From: an uncultured Thermoplasmatales archaeon
GTDB lineage: Archaea; Thermoplasmatota; E2; DHVEG-1
DNA length: 48,468 nucleotides
Direction of reading: 5' to 3'
Assembly (NCBI GenBank): GCA_964594475.1
Contig: CAZQMI010000003.1
Location: 1-48,468 of the forward strand
This document shows positions 8,405 through 18,510 of this stretch, piece by piece (the first letter of the stretch is position 1; each line of letters begins with the position of its first letter). The notes below the pieces were generated by a model, which saw only the letters and a list, made by a program, of their open reading frames with translations, was not told the origin of the DNA and searched no databases. A program made the position numbers and the translations under genes.

Positions 8405-11400
8405 ATGAAACAAAAACTTAAAATCAAAATCTTAATTCATATTTTTATCTCTATTTTATTATTAATATCACCACTATTTAACCATCCAACCATAGCTGCA
8501 CCAACATCATGGAACACAGAATGGAACTATTCTCAACTGATAACACTTCCCATCGATACCAGTGTTTCCGAAGCTATCTTTCAACCAATCGACACTCAAA
8601 TACAGTTCGCATCACCCTGCTGGGCAGCTAGTGACCACCATCATTCCGTACGGATCTGCTGCTGGGATGGAACCAATTGGCATGAACTGGAAAGTCAGAT
8701 ATATAATCTTGAAGAAAAGGAAAACAACATCATATCCAGCTGCAACATCGTCTTTCTCATACCAGATTTTGCTGATGGCACGGAGCAATACTATGTTTTT
8801 TACGATGACACCGAAAAACCATCACCATCATATACAGATCATGTCTCATATAAGGAATCATCATATCGCTTTGAACCCATCTCCGGTTACCCGCTTGCAT
8901 CGGAACACTATGAAATCATCGATGATGAAGACATCAACTACATGATCTCATACAATGGTCAATTCATGGGATATAACACCTGCCAGCATATTTTTAAAAT
9001 GATAGAAGGAACTGAAGAAATATTACCAAAAAACGGTGAACTATTCGCCGCATTTGATTATAAATACTGCTATGAAGAAGGTCTTTTTGGATACAGTTCC
9101 ACCAGTCAACAACTCATCTCAAAAGAAGTTATCACCGATGGAAACCTGATGCTTGAAATCGGAATCGTCAGTACCTCAAAATTAAATGATCTAAAAACAA
9201 CAGCAACCTACAAATACTATCATTGCCCCAGCAGAGAGAAACGAATTCATGCCCATGTCATCCATGAAACTCTTACGGATATCAACGTGTATGCAGACGC
9301 AAAAACGGACGGTGCATATGCCTCTTTGCAAGCCGGCGGTGTTAAAAGCAGATCAATTGAGGATTTAAACATCGGAAACATCCTTCCCTGGATGCATTTT
9401 AATAATGAACTTGGCGCCATTTCATCATATACACTGGACACCGATCCTGAATACATCCCCGATGATCCAGATATCCGAGTTATCAGCATCCATGATGATG
9501 TGGATCTGGGATCACCACCATGGGTTTCTTTTGATAAAGTAAATGACCGAGCACACGCCATTGTTTTTGGATCGAACAAAATCGTTCAATCTGGAACTGA
9601 TGAGCAAGATGGGCTTCAAATCAATGCCTTTCAAATGGATTATCCTCATCTTGCAGGTCTTGAGAATAATATCGCAACCGTTCAAATTGGTAGAAACTCA
9701 ATCGAATCTGGAAGTCAACATGATCTCAGAATCCCCAAAGATTTCACAGTGGAATTCGATGCCGAATTTTTCACTTCATATACCGAGGACTATTCAATCG
9801 TGGAAAAAGAAGCAGCAATTTTTCACGATCTTGCTACCATAAAACCACAATCAACAACCCAAGTACAGGATGATAGCAGCACCCCAAAGGAAACCTATGA
9901 TCTCTCAGTCACGATTCATAACACACCAACGTTTCCCATGGGATCAAGTCTTTCGGTTGCCACCGGATGGAATCTTTCCTATATCAATGTAGAACTCTAC
10001 AAAGAAAACGAATACCTCTATTCTCAAAACGCAGTTCGTCTACCCCTCCATCCAATGGAAGACGTAACCGATCCAACTCTTTTTCAACAAATCCGAGTTC
10101 TTGCTCAAATGCTTGATCTTCGAAATATATCATTGGTCAAAACCGCAGTCTTTCCAAACATCGAAGAAGGAACCTATGTGGCAAAAGTATACAAGGAAAA
10201 TCCTTTTTTCAGAAATCAACGGCAATACATTGGATTTTCCATTATCGATGTTCCCAACTCAGAAAAAACACGTATATTTTGTAGACAACAAGCATCAGTT
10301 CGATTAACACTTATCGATCAATATGAACAGCCCATTACGGATGCAACAATACAACTTAAACAACATCAACAGGTCATTGGGTCTAGCATTACCGATAGCA
10401 ATGGAACTGCCCAAATCGCCGTTCCTTTTAATAAAGATACATTAGACCTCACAATCATCTATCATGGCTATCAGATCTATCAGGAATCAATGAGCCTCTC
10501 CAGGAATACAATCCGTAAACCTTTGCAGAAAAGTATCACCATCGACCGTTTTCACCTTAAGATAGCATTCCTTGATACCTGGGATAATCCACCAGGGGTC
10601 GATCTTCATCCAATCCTTACCATTCCCAACAAAGACAAAGAAGCTGCCATCCCTGGTGAAGAACAATCTCAGGGAATCTTTTTGTTTCCTAATCTTACCG
10701 TAGATCAATACCGAGTCAATGTTTCTTTTAAATCATTCAGCATCCAAAAATCAATCAACGTTAAAGAGGACACGTTGGTATCAATCACCTTTCCAGCAGA
10801 ATTTGATGTTTCCGTAAAAATAGTTGATGTTAGAGGAAACCCAATCGATCAGAGCGCAATGATACTCACCCGATTAACAAAACAAGAGATATACAAAAAA
10901 ATCCAAACTGAACCAAATGTCAAGCTTCCACCCGGAGAATACCAAGTGGAGCTTCAACACGACAATCAGGTTATTGGGAAACGGATGATCTCTGTGTTTG
11001 CGGAGAAAAACGTTGAAATGGTAACCAATCAGCAGCCGCTCTATCCTCTGATAGCTCTTGCATGTGGAATATTTATCATTATTCTTTCATTAGCACATAT
11101 GCTTTATACAGCCAACCGGCAGTATTTCCTGTTTATCCTTATCATTTCATTTCTAATCATTTCATTGTTTTTACCCTGGTGGCAGATTCAAGGATCCTCA
11201 AACGAACTAGATACCAGCACCCACCTCTCCTTTATCCCGCAGTCTATGATGAGTATTCATACCACTGATGATACCATTGCTGGTGAGACTTCCTATCTTC
11301 CTGATGAATTCCATCTAGTCATCACCCTTATTTTGATAGGAACTGGAACTGCCAGTGCGCTGATGCTCATCGCAAAATATTTAGGAACAAAGCAGATGAT

Positions 11401-11713
11401 GAGCAAACGTGTGAATATGATGCTTCATATCATTTCTGGCCTGATTCTTCTTGCCTGTGTATCAGCTTTTCTTTTTGCTCTTCATGAACTAACGAAAATC
11501 AGTATCGGAAGTATTCTCGGTTCAGCAACCCTTGATATCGGCGTCCCTGGAGAACAAACGGTTTATCCTGTGCAATCAAGCTGGGGTCCAGCTCCTGGAT
11601 TCTATCTCTTTACCATTTCAACGATTCTTTACCTAGCATACACCGCAAAAATTATTCTACCCAGCATTCTTTCACGATTAAGGAGAACCGATGATGGAGA
11701 TCAAAAGAAGTAG
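8405..11713 (+). CDS. Large surface-exposed protein: signal peptide, beta-sandwich (CarboxypepD_reg-like) repeats, five C-terminal TM helices
   Basis: 1102-aa ORF. It has an N-terminal signal-like KLKIKILIHIFISILLLISPLF...IAA. Segments such as ITDSNGTAQIAVPF and KIVDVRGNPID are typical of carboxypeptidase-regulatory-like folds. Five hydrophobic helices lie after about residue 885, followed by a basic cytoplasmic tail RLRR. GAGGA lies 9 nt upstream of the ATG. Confidence 0.7.
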   Translation: MKQKLKIKILIHIFISILLLISPLFNHPTIAAPTSWNTEWNYSQLITLPIDTSVSEAIFQPIDTQIQFASPCWAASDHHHSVRICCWDGTNWHELESQIYNLEEKENNIISSCNIVFLIPDFADGTEQYYVFYDDTEKPSPSYTDHVSYKESSYRFEPISGYPLASEHYEIIDDEDINYMISYNGQFMGYNTCQHIFKMIEGTEEILPKNGELFAAFDYKYCYEEGLFGYSSTSQQLISKEVITDGNLMLEIGIVSTSKLNDLKTTATYKYYHCPSREKRIHAHVIHETLTDINVYADAKTDGAYASLQAGGVKSRSIEDLNIGNILPWMHFNNELGAISSYTLDTDPEYIPDDPDIRVISIHDDVDLGSPPWVSFDKVNDRAHAIVFGSNKIVQSGTDEQDGLQINAFQMDYPHLAGLENNIATVQIGRNSIESGSQHDLRIPKDFTVEFDAEFFTSYTEDYSIVEKEAAIFHDLATIKPQSTTQVQDDSSTPKETYDLSVTIHNTPTFPMGSSLSVATGWNLSYINVELYKENEYLYSQNAVRLPLHPMEDVTDPTLFQQIRVLAQMLDLRNISLVKTAVFPNIEEGTYVAKVYKENPFFRNQRQYIGFSIIDVPNSEKTRIFCRQQASVRLTLIDQYEQPITDATIQLKQHQQVIGSSITDSNGTAQIAVPFNKDTLDLTIIYHGYQIYQESMSLSRNTIRKPLQKSITIDRFHLKIAFLDTWDNPPGVDLHPILTIPNKDKEAAIPGEEQSQGIFLFPNLTVDQYRVNVSFKSFSIQKSINVKEDTLVSITFPAEFDVSVKIVDVRGNPIDQSAMILTRLTKQEIYKKIQTEPNVKLPPGEYQVELQHDNQVIGKRMISVFAEKNVEMVTNQQPLYPLIALACGIFIIILSLAHMLYTANRQYFLFILIISFLIISLFLPWWQIQGSSNELDTSTHLSFIPQSMMSIHTTDDTIAGETSYLPDEFHLVITLILIGTGTASALMLIAKYLGTKQMMSKRVNMMLHIISGLILLACVSAFLFALHELTKISIGSILGSATLDIGVPGEQTVYPVQSSWGPAPGFYLFTISTILYLAYTAKIILPSILSRLRRTDDGDQKK

Positions 11714-12803
11714 AAACATACAACACCCCTTATTTGGAATCTCACCAAAACATTGGATTCAGCTCATCGATCAAAACGGAGGGATCGGCAGAGCATATCT
11801 AGATCGAGCGGCCTTTATCAGCATCGGATCAATCGCACTTGTTCCCCTACGACTCCTTTTTCATCTCACCTATCAGCAAAAAATCAAAGAATACTCTATT
11901 GAAAAACCACCCGTCCTCATTATTGGACATTGGCGAAGTGGAACCAGTTACCTACATGAACTGCTCAGTGAAGACCCGCAATTCTGTTACGTATCACTGT
12001 GGAACACACTGCTTCCCGATAGCTATCCACTGCTTGAATCATCCAAACAGTTTCTTTCAAATTTTCTTCCGAAAACACGGCCTATGGATAACATAGAGGT
12101 AGAGATAGACGGACCATATGAAGAAGAAGCAGGAATCGCTGCCTTATCACCCTGGTCGTTTTTCCATGGGCTTCATTTTCCAAAGAATGCAGAAGAACAA
12201 TACGTAAACTCTATTCATTACACCCATCTTTCAGCTGAAGAAAAACAAGAATGGGTGGAGATGTATGAACAATTCATGAAAACGGTGGTATATACCAATA
12301 ATGGAAAACGACTGCTTCTGAAAGACCCGGCCAATACGGCTCGAATTCCAACATTGCTAGAGATTTTTCCCCAAGCAAAATTTATTCATATTTATCGGAA
12401 TCCCTATAAAGTATATCTGTCCACGGTTAACATGAGAAAAAAGGTGCTTGAAAAACTCGCGCTTCAACGTGGAGATCCTCAGCAGATAGAACACCAAGTG
12501 ATCAACAACTACAAACGATTGATGACCAGTTACTTTGAACAAAAAAAACTGATCCCAAAAGATCATTTGATTGAGATTCGCTATGAAGACCTGGTGAAAC
12601 ATCCCATGGAAACCGTCAAACAGATCTATTCACACCTGGATATTTCAGGGTTTAAAAAGGCAATTCCTGGAATGAATGCCTATCTTGAACGAAAGAAAGA
12701 TTACAAAACCAATGTCTATCGAATTGATGATGAAATCATTCAACGAGTGAAGAAACACTGGGATTTTACCATTGATCGATGGGGCTATCAGCCACCGAAA
12801 TAA
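11691..12803 (+). CDS. PAPS-type sulfotransferase family protein
   Basis: 370-aa ORF with a 5'-PSB-like IIGHWRSGTSYLHELL and a 3'-PB-like IHIYRNPYKVYLS. AGGAG lies 5 nt upstream. It overlaps the preceding gene by 23 nt. Confidence 0.75.
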   Translation: MMEIKRSRNIQHPLFGISPKHWIQLIDQNGGIGRAYLDRAAFISIGSIALVPLRLLFHLTYQQKIKEYSIEKPPVLIIGHWRSGTSYLHELLSEDPQFCYVSLWNTLLPDSYPLLESSKQFLSNFLPKTRPMDNIEVEIDGPYEEEAGIAALSPWSFFHGLHFPKNAEEQYVNSIHYTHLSAEEKQEWVEMYEQFMKTVVYTNNGKRLLLKDPANTARIPTLLEIFPQAKFIHIYRNPYKVYLSTVNMRKKVLEKLALQRGDPQQIEHQVINNYKRLMTSYFEQKKLIPKDHLIEIRYEDLVKHPMETVKQIYSHLDISGFKKAIPGMNAYLERKKDYKTNVYRIDDEIIQRVKKHWDFTIDRWGYQPPK

Positions 12804-12902
12804 GCGTTCTTCTGAAAAAAATACACCATGTTTATGTCGTTTTTTTGATTATCGTTCACAAACTATATATGAGAGAAGCGAGTAATATATAATGGAAAAA
12901 TA

Positions 12903-13319
12903 ATGAGGGATTATATGGTGACCATGGGAGATATGAAAGCAAAAAATGAACTGATGAGCGAATTATGGGATCATGTAACAAACCATAGCCTGACCTGTCC
13001 AGAGTGTGGAGGACATCTTATCATCATGCAACTCGATCCTCAGGATGATTTGAATAATCCTTATACACCATATAAATCAGTACTTGAATGTATGAACTGC
13101 TCCTTTCAAACCGAGGCGACCTCATTTACGATTCTTGGCTGCGTGCAATCATTTGATCTTCATCATCTCACCATCGCTGGCTGGTCTCCCAGTGGAAGTA
13201 GAGTTGAAACAACCTATGAACATATCCTTGATTATGATCACATCAAACAACTTGAGAACACGGAGGATATCGTTGAATTTTTAATCGTGGATGATCATAT
13301 CGTGCAAATTATTTCTTAA
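12903..13319 (+). CDS. Hypothetical zinc-ribbon protein
   Basis: 138-aa ORF with CPECGG...CMNC (CxxC-x38-CxxC). No family recognised. Confidence 0.5.
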   Translation: MRDYMVTMGDMKAKNELMSELWDHVTNHSLTCPECGGHLIIMQLDPQDDLNNPYTPYKSVLECMNCSFQTEATSFTILGCVQSFDLHHLTIAGWSPSGSRVETTYEHILDYDHIKQLENTEDIVEFLIVDDHIVQIIS

Positions 13320-13512
13320 GCCTCATCTACCGAAACGATGCATGTCTTTCCATTTTTCACAGAATGATTGAAAATGATACTTTTACACCTGGGTTTTAAA
13401 TAGGAGAAGTTATCAAACAATAGAGTATGCGTAAAGAGATGGAAAAAAAATATAAAAAACAACCACCAAAAGACATCTCAATCGTCTGGGTTAATGTGGT
13501 TGAACCATTTTG

Positions 13513-13827
13513 TTAGCTATACATAATATCATCGTGATCATCATTTTTCACTTTGAACGGTTTCGACCGGCGATGATGTTTGATGAATTTACGCTGTCTT
13601 TGTTTCCGTACAATCTTAAAATCATGACGAAGTAACCGCACAAAGGTCTTATCCGGTAATGGTTCCAATCCAACAATTCCCTTGATTTCAAATTGATGAA
13701 GCACACGCACGATTTGTTTCCTGGAAAGATGCAACTGTGCTTCCAGATCCTCAATGGTAACCGGATATTGTTTTTCAAGAATGGTAATAATTTGCTCATC
13801 AATGGATCCAGCCACAATCTCAATCAT
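13513..13827 (-). CDS. Small winged-helix DNA-binding protein with basic C-terminal tail
   Basis: 104-aa ORF. wHTH-like VTIEDLEAQLHLSRKQIVRVLHQFEIKGIV is followed by RKQRQRKFIKHHRRSKPFKVK. It starts 18 nt after the purF stop with GGTGG upstream, so it is probably co-transcribed. Confidence 0.55.
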   Translation of the reverse strand: MIEIVAGSIDEQIITILEKQYPVTIEDLEAQLHLSRKQIVRVLHQFEIKGIVGLEPLPDKTFVRLLRHDFKIVRKQRQRKFIKHHRRSKPFKVKNDDHDDIMYS

Positions 13828-13845
13828 TCTTCCACCAAATCAACA

Positions 13846-15312
13846 TCACTGATCACTACAACCAGGAAGACTTGGTTCCTGCAGTTGTTCATAGGCGCGT
13901 TGTCCTTCCTTATCCCGCTCATATAATCTCTTCACCTGTGATCTCAGCTCAGCTGGATACCCCATTGGAAAATCAATACAGCCACGACACACCGGAAAAC
14001 CGATCACCTTTTCCAAATCATTCTTTTCAATATAGGCAAGAGAATCAGCGCCAATCTCCTGACAGATCGCCTCCCAGGTCCTCACTTCACCCTGTTCATC
14101 ACGGGCAAGAAACTCCTTTCGACTGCGCATATCAATGCCCAAATAACAGGGAGCAATCAAAGGAGGACAGCCAATGCGAATATGAACTTCCTTTGCTCCA
14201 GCACGACGAACACCCTCCACCAGTTTTCTGACATTGGTCCCCCGTACAATGGAATCATCTACTAAAATAACCTTGTTCCCACCGAGAACAGCTCGTAAAA
14301 AGGACAGTCCTTCCTTTACCACCCGATCTCTTTTCTCCTGTTTCTGCTGAATAAAACTTCGTTCCGCTTTATCCTTCATGATACCCTCATCAAGTGGAAT
14401 ACCAGATTCCCGGGAATACCCCAAAGCATATCGTCTACCGGATTCAGGAACTGGGATCACCACATCGGCATCAACCGGATGTTTCTTGGCCAGCAGTCGA
14501 CCGAGGTTCACTCGGACATCATGAACGGATCTACCACGGATACGAGAATCAGGTTTGGCAAAATACACAAACTCAAACATACAGGGTGTTTCCTGTTTTT
14601 TTATGATCTGTTTCTCATAGATCTTTCCATTCTTATCAATGATAATTGCTGATCCGCCAGGAATGTCCTTGACGTATTCAAAATTGGATTTCTTAAACAC
14701 TCGTGTTTCAGAGGTCAAACAATACATGCCGTTATGCTTTCCTAACACCAAAGGCCTGATCTTATGAGGATCAGTAATTGCAAACAAGAACGGATTATCC
14801 CCAGAATCAGCAAGAAATAAACTAGAATAACTCCCTTTCACCTTCTTCATGATGGTCTCACAGGCATCCATAACCACCTTCACGCTCAGTTCTTTTTTAT
14901 ATAATTCATCGGCCATGGGAAGAAGTAAACACTGAATATCACAACCCGTTCTCGGTGTACGAGGTGAGTTCTTCATGATTTCATGACAATTAATAATATT
15001 TCCATTATGCACAGCTGCCAAAAATGGAATTACCAAATACTCCGGCTGAGCATTACGCTTCAATGATTCAATATCATCCATTCCCGCGGTTGAATACCTG
15101 GTATGTCCTAATCCTACAAAACCCGGAGTGTCAATATTTTTTTCATCATTGAAAATATCACGAACCAAACCTGCATCCTTGGTGACATGAATATTTCCAT
15201 CATAGGTGAGTTTCCCTGCCGATGACTGACCTCGATGCTGAATGGCAAACAAACTATGATAAATCATTCGTGACACTGGTTTATTGCCTATGATTCCCAC
15301 AATTCCACACAT
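13846..15312 (-). CDS. purF: Amidophosphoribosyltransferase (glutamine PRPP amidotransferase)
   Basis: 488-aa ORF. It has the MCGIVGI Ntn nucleophile start, the PRTase motif VILVDDSIVRGT and C-terminal Fe-S cysteines (CYLGID..., CRGC). Confidence 0.95.
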   Translation of the reverse strand: MCGIVGIIGNKPVSRMIYHSLFAIQHRGQSSAGKLTYDGNIHVTKDAGLVRDIFNDEKNIDTPGFVGLGHTRYSTAGMDDIESLKRNAQPEYLVIPFLAAVHNGNIINCHEIMKNSPRTPRTGCDIQCLLLPMADELYKKELSVKVVMDACETIMKKVKGSYSSLFLADSGDNPFLFAITDPHKIRPLVLGKHNGMYCLTSETRVFKKSNFEYVKDIPGGSAIIIDKNGKIYEKQIIKKQETPCMFEFVYFAKPDSRIRGRSVHDVRVNLGRLLAKKHPVDADVVIPVPESGRRYALGYSRESGIPLDEGIMKDKAERSFIQQKQEKRDRVVKEGLSFLRAVLGGNKVILVDDSIVRGTNVRKLVEGVRRAGAKEVHIRIGCPPLIAPCYLGIDMRSRKEFLARDEQGEVRTWEAICQEIGADSLAYIEKNDLEKVIGFPVCRGCIDFPMGYPAELRSQVKRLYERDKEGQRAYEQLQEPSLPGCSDQ

Positions 15313-15362
15313 AAGAACAACACGGAAGACATGATATAACGAAGCGGTATATATAAATCACG

Positions 15363-16466
15363 TTAGATGATGAATTTCCCTTGCTTATAGATGAGTTCAT
15401 CATCAGCATAGATTTCTCCCTTCTTGCGTAGATCACAGACCATATCCCAATGAATACCTGATTTATTGCTACTCCCCGTTTCAGGATAGCCGCTTCCCAA
15501 GGCAAGATGAATGGTACCTCCGATTTTTTCATCAAATAAGGTGTTCTTGGTAAACTCAGTGACTCCTTCATTCATGCCAAATGCAAACTCACCAAGTCGT
15601 TTCGCACCTTCATCAGTTTCAAGCATGGATGAAAGAAACTCTTTACCTGCTTGTGCTGTTGTTTTCACCACGTTCCCCTGTTCAAACCAGAGTTTCACAT
15701 CATTTACTTGTCTTCCCCCGTACACAGAGGGAAACGAGAAATGAATGAACCCTTCAGCTGAATCCTCAAGAGGTCCAGTGAAGATCTCACCATCCGGGAA
15801 ATTCTCCTTTCCGAAACAATTAATCCATTTCCGATTCTTCACTGACAACCGGAGATCGGTATCCTCAGCAACGATATGAATGGAATCCTTTTGTGACAAG
15901 ATATCGATTATTCGCTGTTGTTTTTCTCCAATTGCCTCCCAATAGGCCGCTGGATCGTGCTCATCAACATGAGCAGCATCGAAAATAAATGATTCATAAT
16001 CAGATAATGACATCTCAGCGTCTTGTGCAGAAGCATTAGTTGGAAATTGAGTGACACACCAACGCAGAGATTTATCAGCGGCTCGTTTTAAGAAAATCTC
16101 ATGAATCGGCTGTTGAGAAGAACTACGAATAGCTTGTTTTTCTGGATCAACATTGGTCATATACCTGGTGTTTTCAGGGCTGATGATACTCAAACGAGCA
16201 TCAACATGTTCGACTTCGAATCGATGAAGAGGGGATACATAAGTGAGTTGATGATCAGCAGCATGTTTATAGAACAGCTCTGAAAATTCCTCCATTCCCA
16301 ATCGAAGAGCGGGATGAGCACCCTTTTCAATGGCAACAATATAGATTTCTCTAAGTAACGGAGCAGAAACAGGTGAGCCATTGATGATGAACAGATCATC
16401 TTTTTTTATGGAAAGTGAATGATTCAAAAGGATTTCAGCGAGTTTTCGATATCGTTTATCAAACAT
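15363..16466 (-). CDS. M29-family aminopeptidase (AmpS/PepS-like)
   Basis: MFDKRYRKLAEILLNHSL start and the C-terminal HLALGSGYPETGSSNKSGIHWDMV signature of thermophilic metalloaminopeptidases. The ATG at 16466 is preferred over the TTG at 16490. Confidence 0.85.
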   Translation of the reverse strand: MFDKRYRKLAEILLNHSLSIKKDDLFIINGSPVSAPLLREIYIVAIEKGAHPALRLGMEEFSELFYKHAADHQLTYVSPLHRFEVEHVDARLSIISPENTRYMTNVDPEKQAIRSSSQQPIHEIFLKRAADKSLRWCVTQFPTNASAQDAEMSLSDYESFIFDAAHVDEHDPAAYWEAIGEKQQRIIDILSQKDSIHIVAEDTDLRLSVKNRKWINCFGKENFPDGEIFTGPLEDSAEGFIHFSFPSVYGGRQVNDVKLWFEQGNVVKTTAQAGKEFLSSMLETDEGAKRLGEFAFGMNEGVTEFTKNTLFDEKIGGTIHLALGSGYPETGSSNKSGIHWDMVCDLRKKGEIYADDELIYKQGKFII

Positions 16467-16522
16467 GATTTCACCATTACCATTAATCAATTATCTATAC
16501 ATCAGAGATGAAGATGCTGCAT

Positions 16523-17767
16523 TTAAAGTTCATCCCATTCCTTTAACACCGATAGCCATTGAAAGGATCGAACAGCAGGAATATTCTCAATCCGTTTGAT
16601 GATTTTTTCATATCCTTTCACCAAAGCTCTCGTTCTGATCTTTACGATGAAATCATATTTTCCAGCAGTAATCGTCACCCTGGTAACTCCTCTAATACTC
16701 CACAATTGATTCATGGTCTCTTCCAAGGGAAACCCTGGTTTAACCTTGATGAAGATATAGGCTTTCACTAGATTCAATGAAAAAGAAATGATCCCAAGAA
16801 TCATAATGATAATCCCAATCGCTTTAATGACAAGAAGCGTGGGATCCATGGAAAATGAATCAATGATTCCATATGAAGCAAGAACCAATGAAACGGGTAT
16901 AGAGAAAATAATAGTTGATGATCGAACCGCTTGAACCACACTTGCTTTTCCAATACCAAGAGCTCGAATATATAAAACCAAGGCAAAAAAAGCACCAATT
17001 GCAATCAACAGCACCCAGTAGAATTGATCAACCGCTGCCACCAAACCAGCAGTGAAATGATTGGTTCCCATGAAAAAATCATAGATCAAAATAAACAATG
17101 CAGTAATCAAACAAGCAAATAACACATTCCAGAACCGAATGTTTATGGAATCATTGAACTCATTATTGATACGCAACCATTTTAGCTTTCGTTGATACAC
17201 CGTTAGCAGCACCCAACCGGGATTAATCACAAAGAACACAATGATGAGGGATTCAACGTTCAGACTTCCAGAAAGACTAATCGATCCAAGAATGGCACCA
17301 AAGGTGACAATAAGAATGGATTGAATCTCTGAAAGGGTTGGCATATCTTTTTCATTAATGGATTCAATGGCCACTAGATAGAGGATAACTGCCTGGGTGA
17401 ACGGAAGCACAATGGAGGGATCTCCAACTAAGCTGAACAAGGCAAAATATCCAGCGGTATACAATGCATTTCCAAATGCAGCAAGAACTTGTGGTTTGAG
17501 CTCTTCCTTTTTTATCAAACGCAATCGTTTGAAGGAAGGATCAACGACTCTTGATCCAATGCTTTTCCCTTTTTTATAGGGAATGGAAAAAAAGAGACCA
17601 AACACGATGGTGACCGGAATACCAAGCAGAAAAAGAGCTAAACCAAGTGCCCACACATCAGTAATATACAATGCTGAAACCGTGGCATCAACACCTGAAT
17701 TGATGGCGGCTATGATGGCAGATGAAAACGCCAGGATATAAAACAAATATTTTTTCCGGATTCTCAT
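16523..17767 (-). CDS. 10-TM DMT/EamA-like membrane protein fused to a C-terminal Lrp/AsnC-type RAM (ligand-binding) domain
   Basis: 414-aa ORF with ten hydrophobic helices. The last ~75 aa (WSIRGVTRVTITAGKYDFIVKIRTRALVKGYEKIIKRIENIPAVRSFQWLSVL) match the AsnC_trans_reg beta-alpha-beta-beta-alpha-beta pattern. Confidence 0.7.
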   Translation of the reverse strand: MRIRKKYLFYILAFSSAIIAAINSGVDATVSALYITDVWALGLALFLLGIPVTIVFGLFFSIPYKKGKSIGSRVVDPSFKRLRLIKKEELKPQVLAAFGNALYTAGYFALFSLVGDPSIVLPFTQAVILYLVAIESINEKDMPTLSEIQSILIVTFGAILGSISLSGSLNVESLIIVFFVINPGWVLLTVYQRKLKWLRINNEFNDSINIRFWNVLFACLITALFILIYDFFMGTNHFTAGLVAAVDQFYWVLLIAIGAFFALVLYIRALGIGKASVVQAVRSSTIIFSIPVSLVLASYGIIDSFSMDPTLLVIKAIGIIIMILGIISFSLNLVKAYIFIKVKPGFPLEETMNQLWSIRGVTRVTITAGKYDFIVKIRTRALVKGYEKIIKRIENIPAVRSFQWLSVLKEWDEL

Positions 17768-18006
17768 AAGGCAATTTCTTTTTCGATCACCTGAGTGGTA
17801 GTCTTTTTCACCCCAGGAATCAATTGAATCTGATCAGTAACCGAAAGTAATTCTTCAAAGCTATGAACTTGGGTTCTCACCACGATATCATAATCACCAG
17901 CGACAACAGAGATCTTATCTACCTTTTCGACCTTTCTCATCGCAGCAATTGCTTTTTCTGATCCACCCGGTTGCATGGCAATTAGAATATATGCTTTTAT
18001 CAACAT
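17764..18006 (-). CDS. Stand-alone Lrp/AsnC ligand-binding (RAM) domain protein
   Basis: 80-aa ORF AYILIAMQPG...VDKISVVAGDYDIVVRTQVHSFEELLSVTDQIQLIPGVKKTTTQV. There is no HTH. Its stop overlaps the next gene's start as ATGA (17764-17767). Confidence 0.75.
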   Translation of the reverse strand: MLIKAYILIAMQPGGSEKAIAAMRKVEKVDKISVVAGDYDIVVRTQVHSFEELLSVTDQIQLIPGVKKTTTQVIEKEIAL

Positions 18007-18157
18007 CTTATATTCACCATTGTGAAGTTCAGCCGCAATAGAGGTCTCACATATAAATGTATCTACTGATAGCCCATGATTTGAAATGTAGACTGATTAT
18101 CATCATAACTGGTCATTACTACTCATAATCGTTGAAGAGAAACACAACTCTTACAGA

Positions 18158-18361
18158 TTAATCTGCTTTTTGTTCAAGATCATGAATTTTTTTACGGATG
18201 CCCTCAAATTTTTTATCATATTTCTGTTGTTTTTTCAAAAAATATTTCTCAGAAACCTCTCCATCATCATATCGTTTTTTAATCTCCTGAAAATCTCGCT
18301 GATATATCCCCCGAATTTCATTTAAATCCTTGATTTTTTGTTCTACTTTATCAGATTTCAT
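18158..18361 (-). CDS. Hypothetical small K/E-rich coiled-coil protein
   Basis: 67-aa ORF, strongly charged with heptad-like periodicity. No family recognised. Confidence 0.4.
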   Translation of the reverse strand: MKSDKVEQKIKDLNEIRGIYQRDFQEIKKRYDDGEVSEKYFLKKQQKYDKKFEGIRKKIHDLEQKAD

Positions 18362-18510
18362 AACCCCTCAACTTCGTATATGGTTCTGCTTAATAAATAG
18401 AAGCAATAATCCAATAAAAATCTTTTTCATCCCCCAGGTCATCATTTAATAGGACCAACAAGCTTAACTAACAGGATTAAAATAGGACAATATTGATGGG
18501 GAGAAGGATT

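Noticed and set aside
13548-13823. 91-aa ORF in another frame of the same strand as the 104-aa wHTH gene; also 15281-15571 overlapping the purF/aminopeptidase junction
   Set aside because: The overlapping frames with wHTH, purF and M29 motifs explain the coding signal. These alternatives have no recognisable features.
18362-18510. Possible TPP riboswitch in the thiC leader
   Set aside because: I looked for the conserved CUGAGA and ACCUGAUCUGGAUAAUGCCAGCG-type cores on the plus strand and found neither. The spacer is AT-rich with only TATA-like and SD elements. A covariance-model scan (Rfam RF00059) would settle it.
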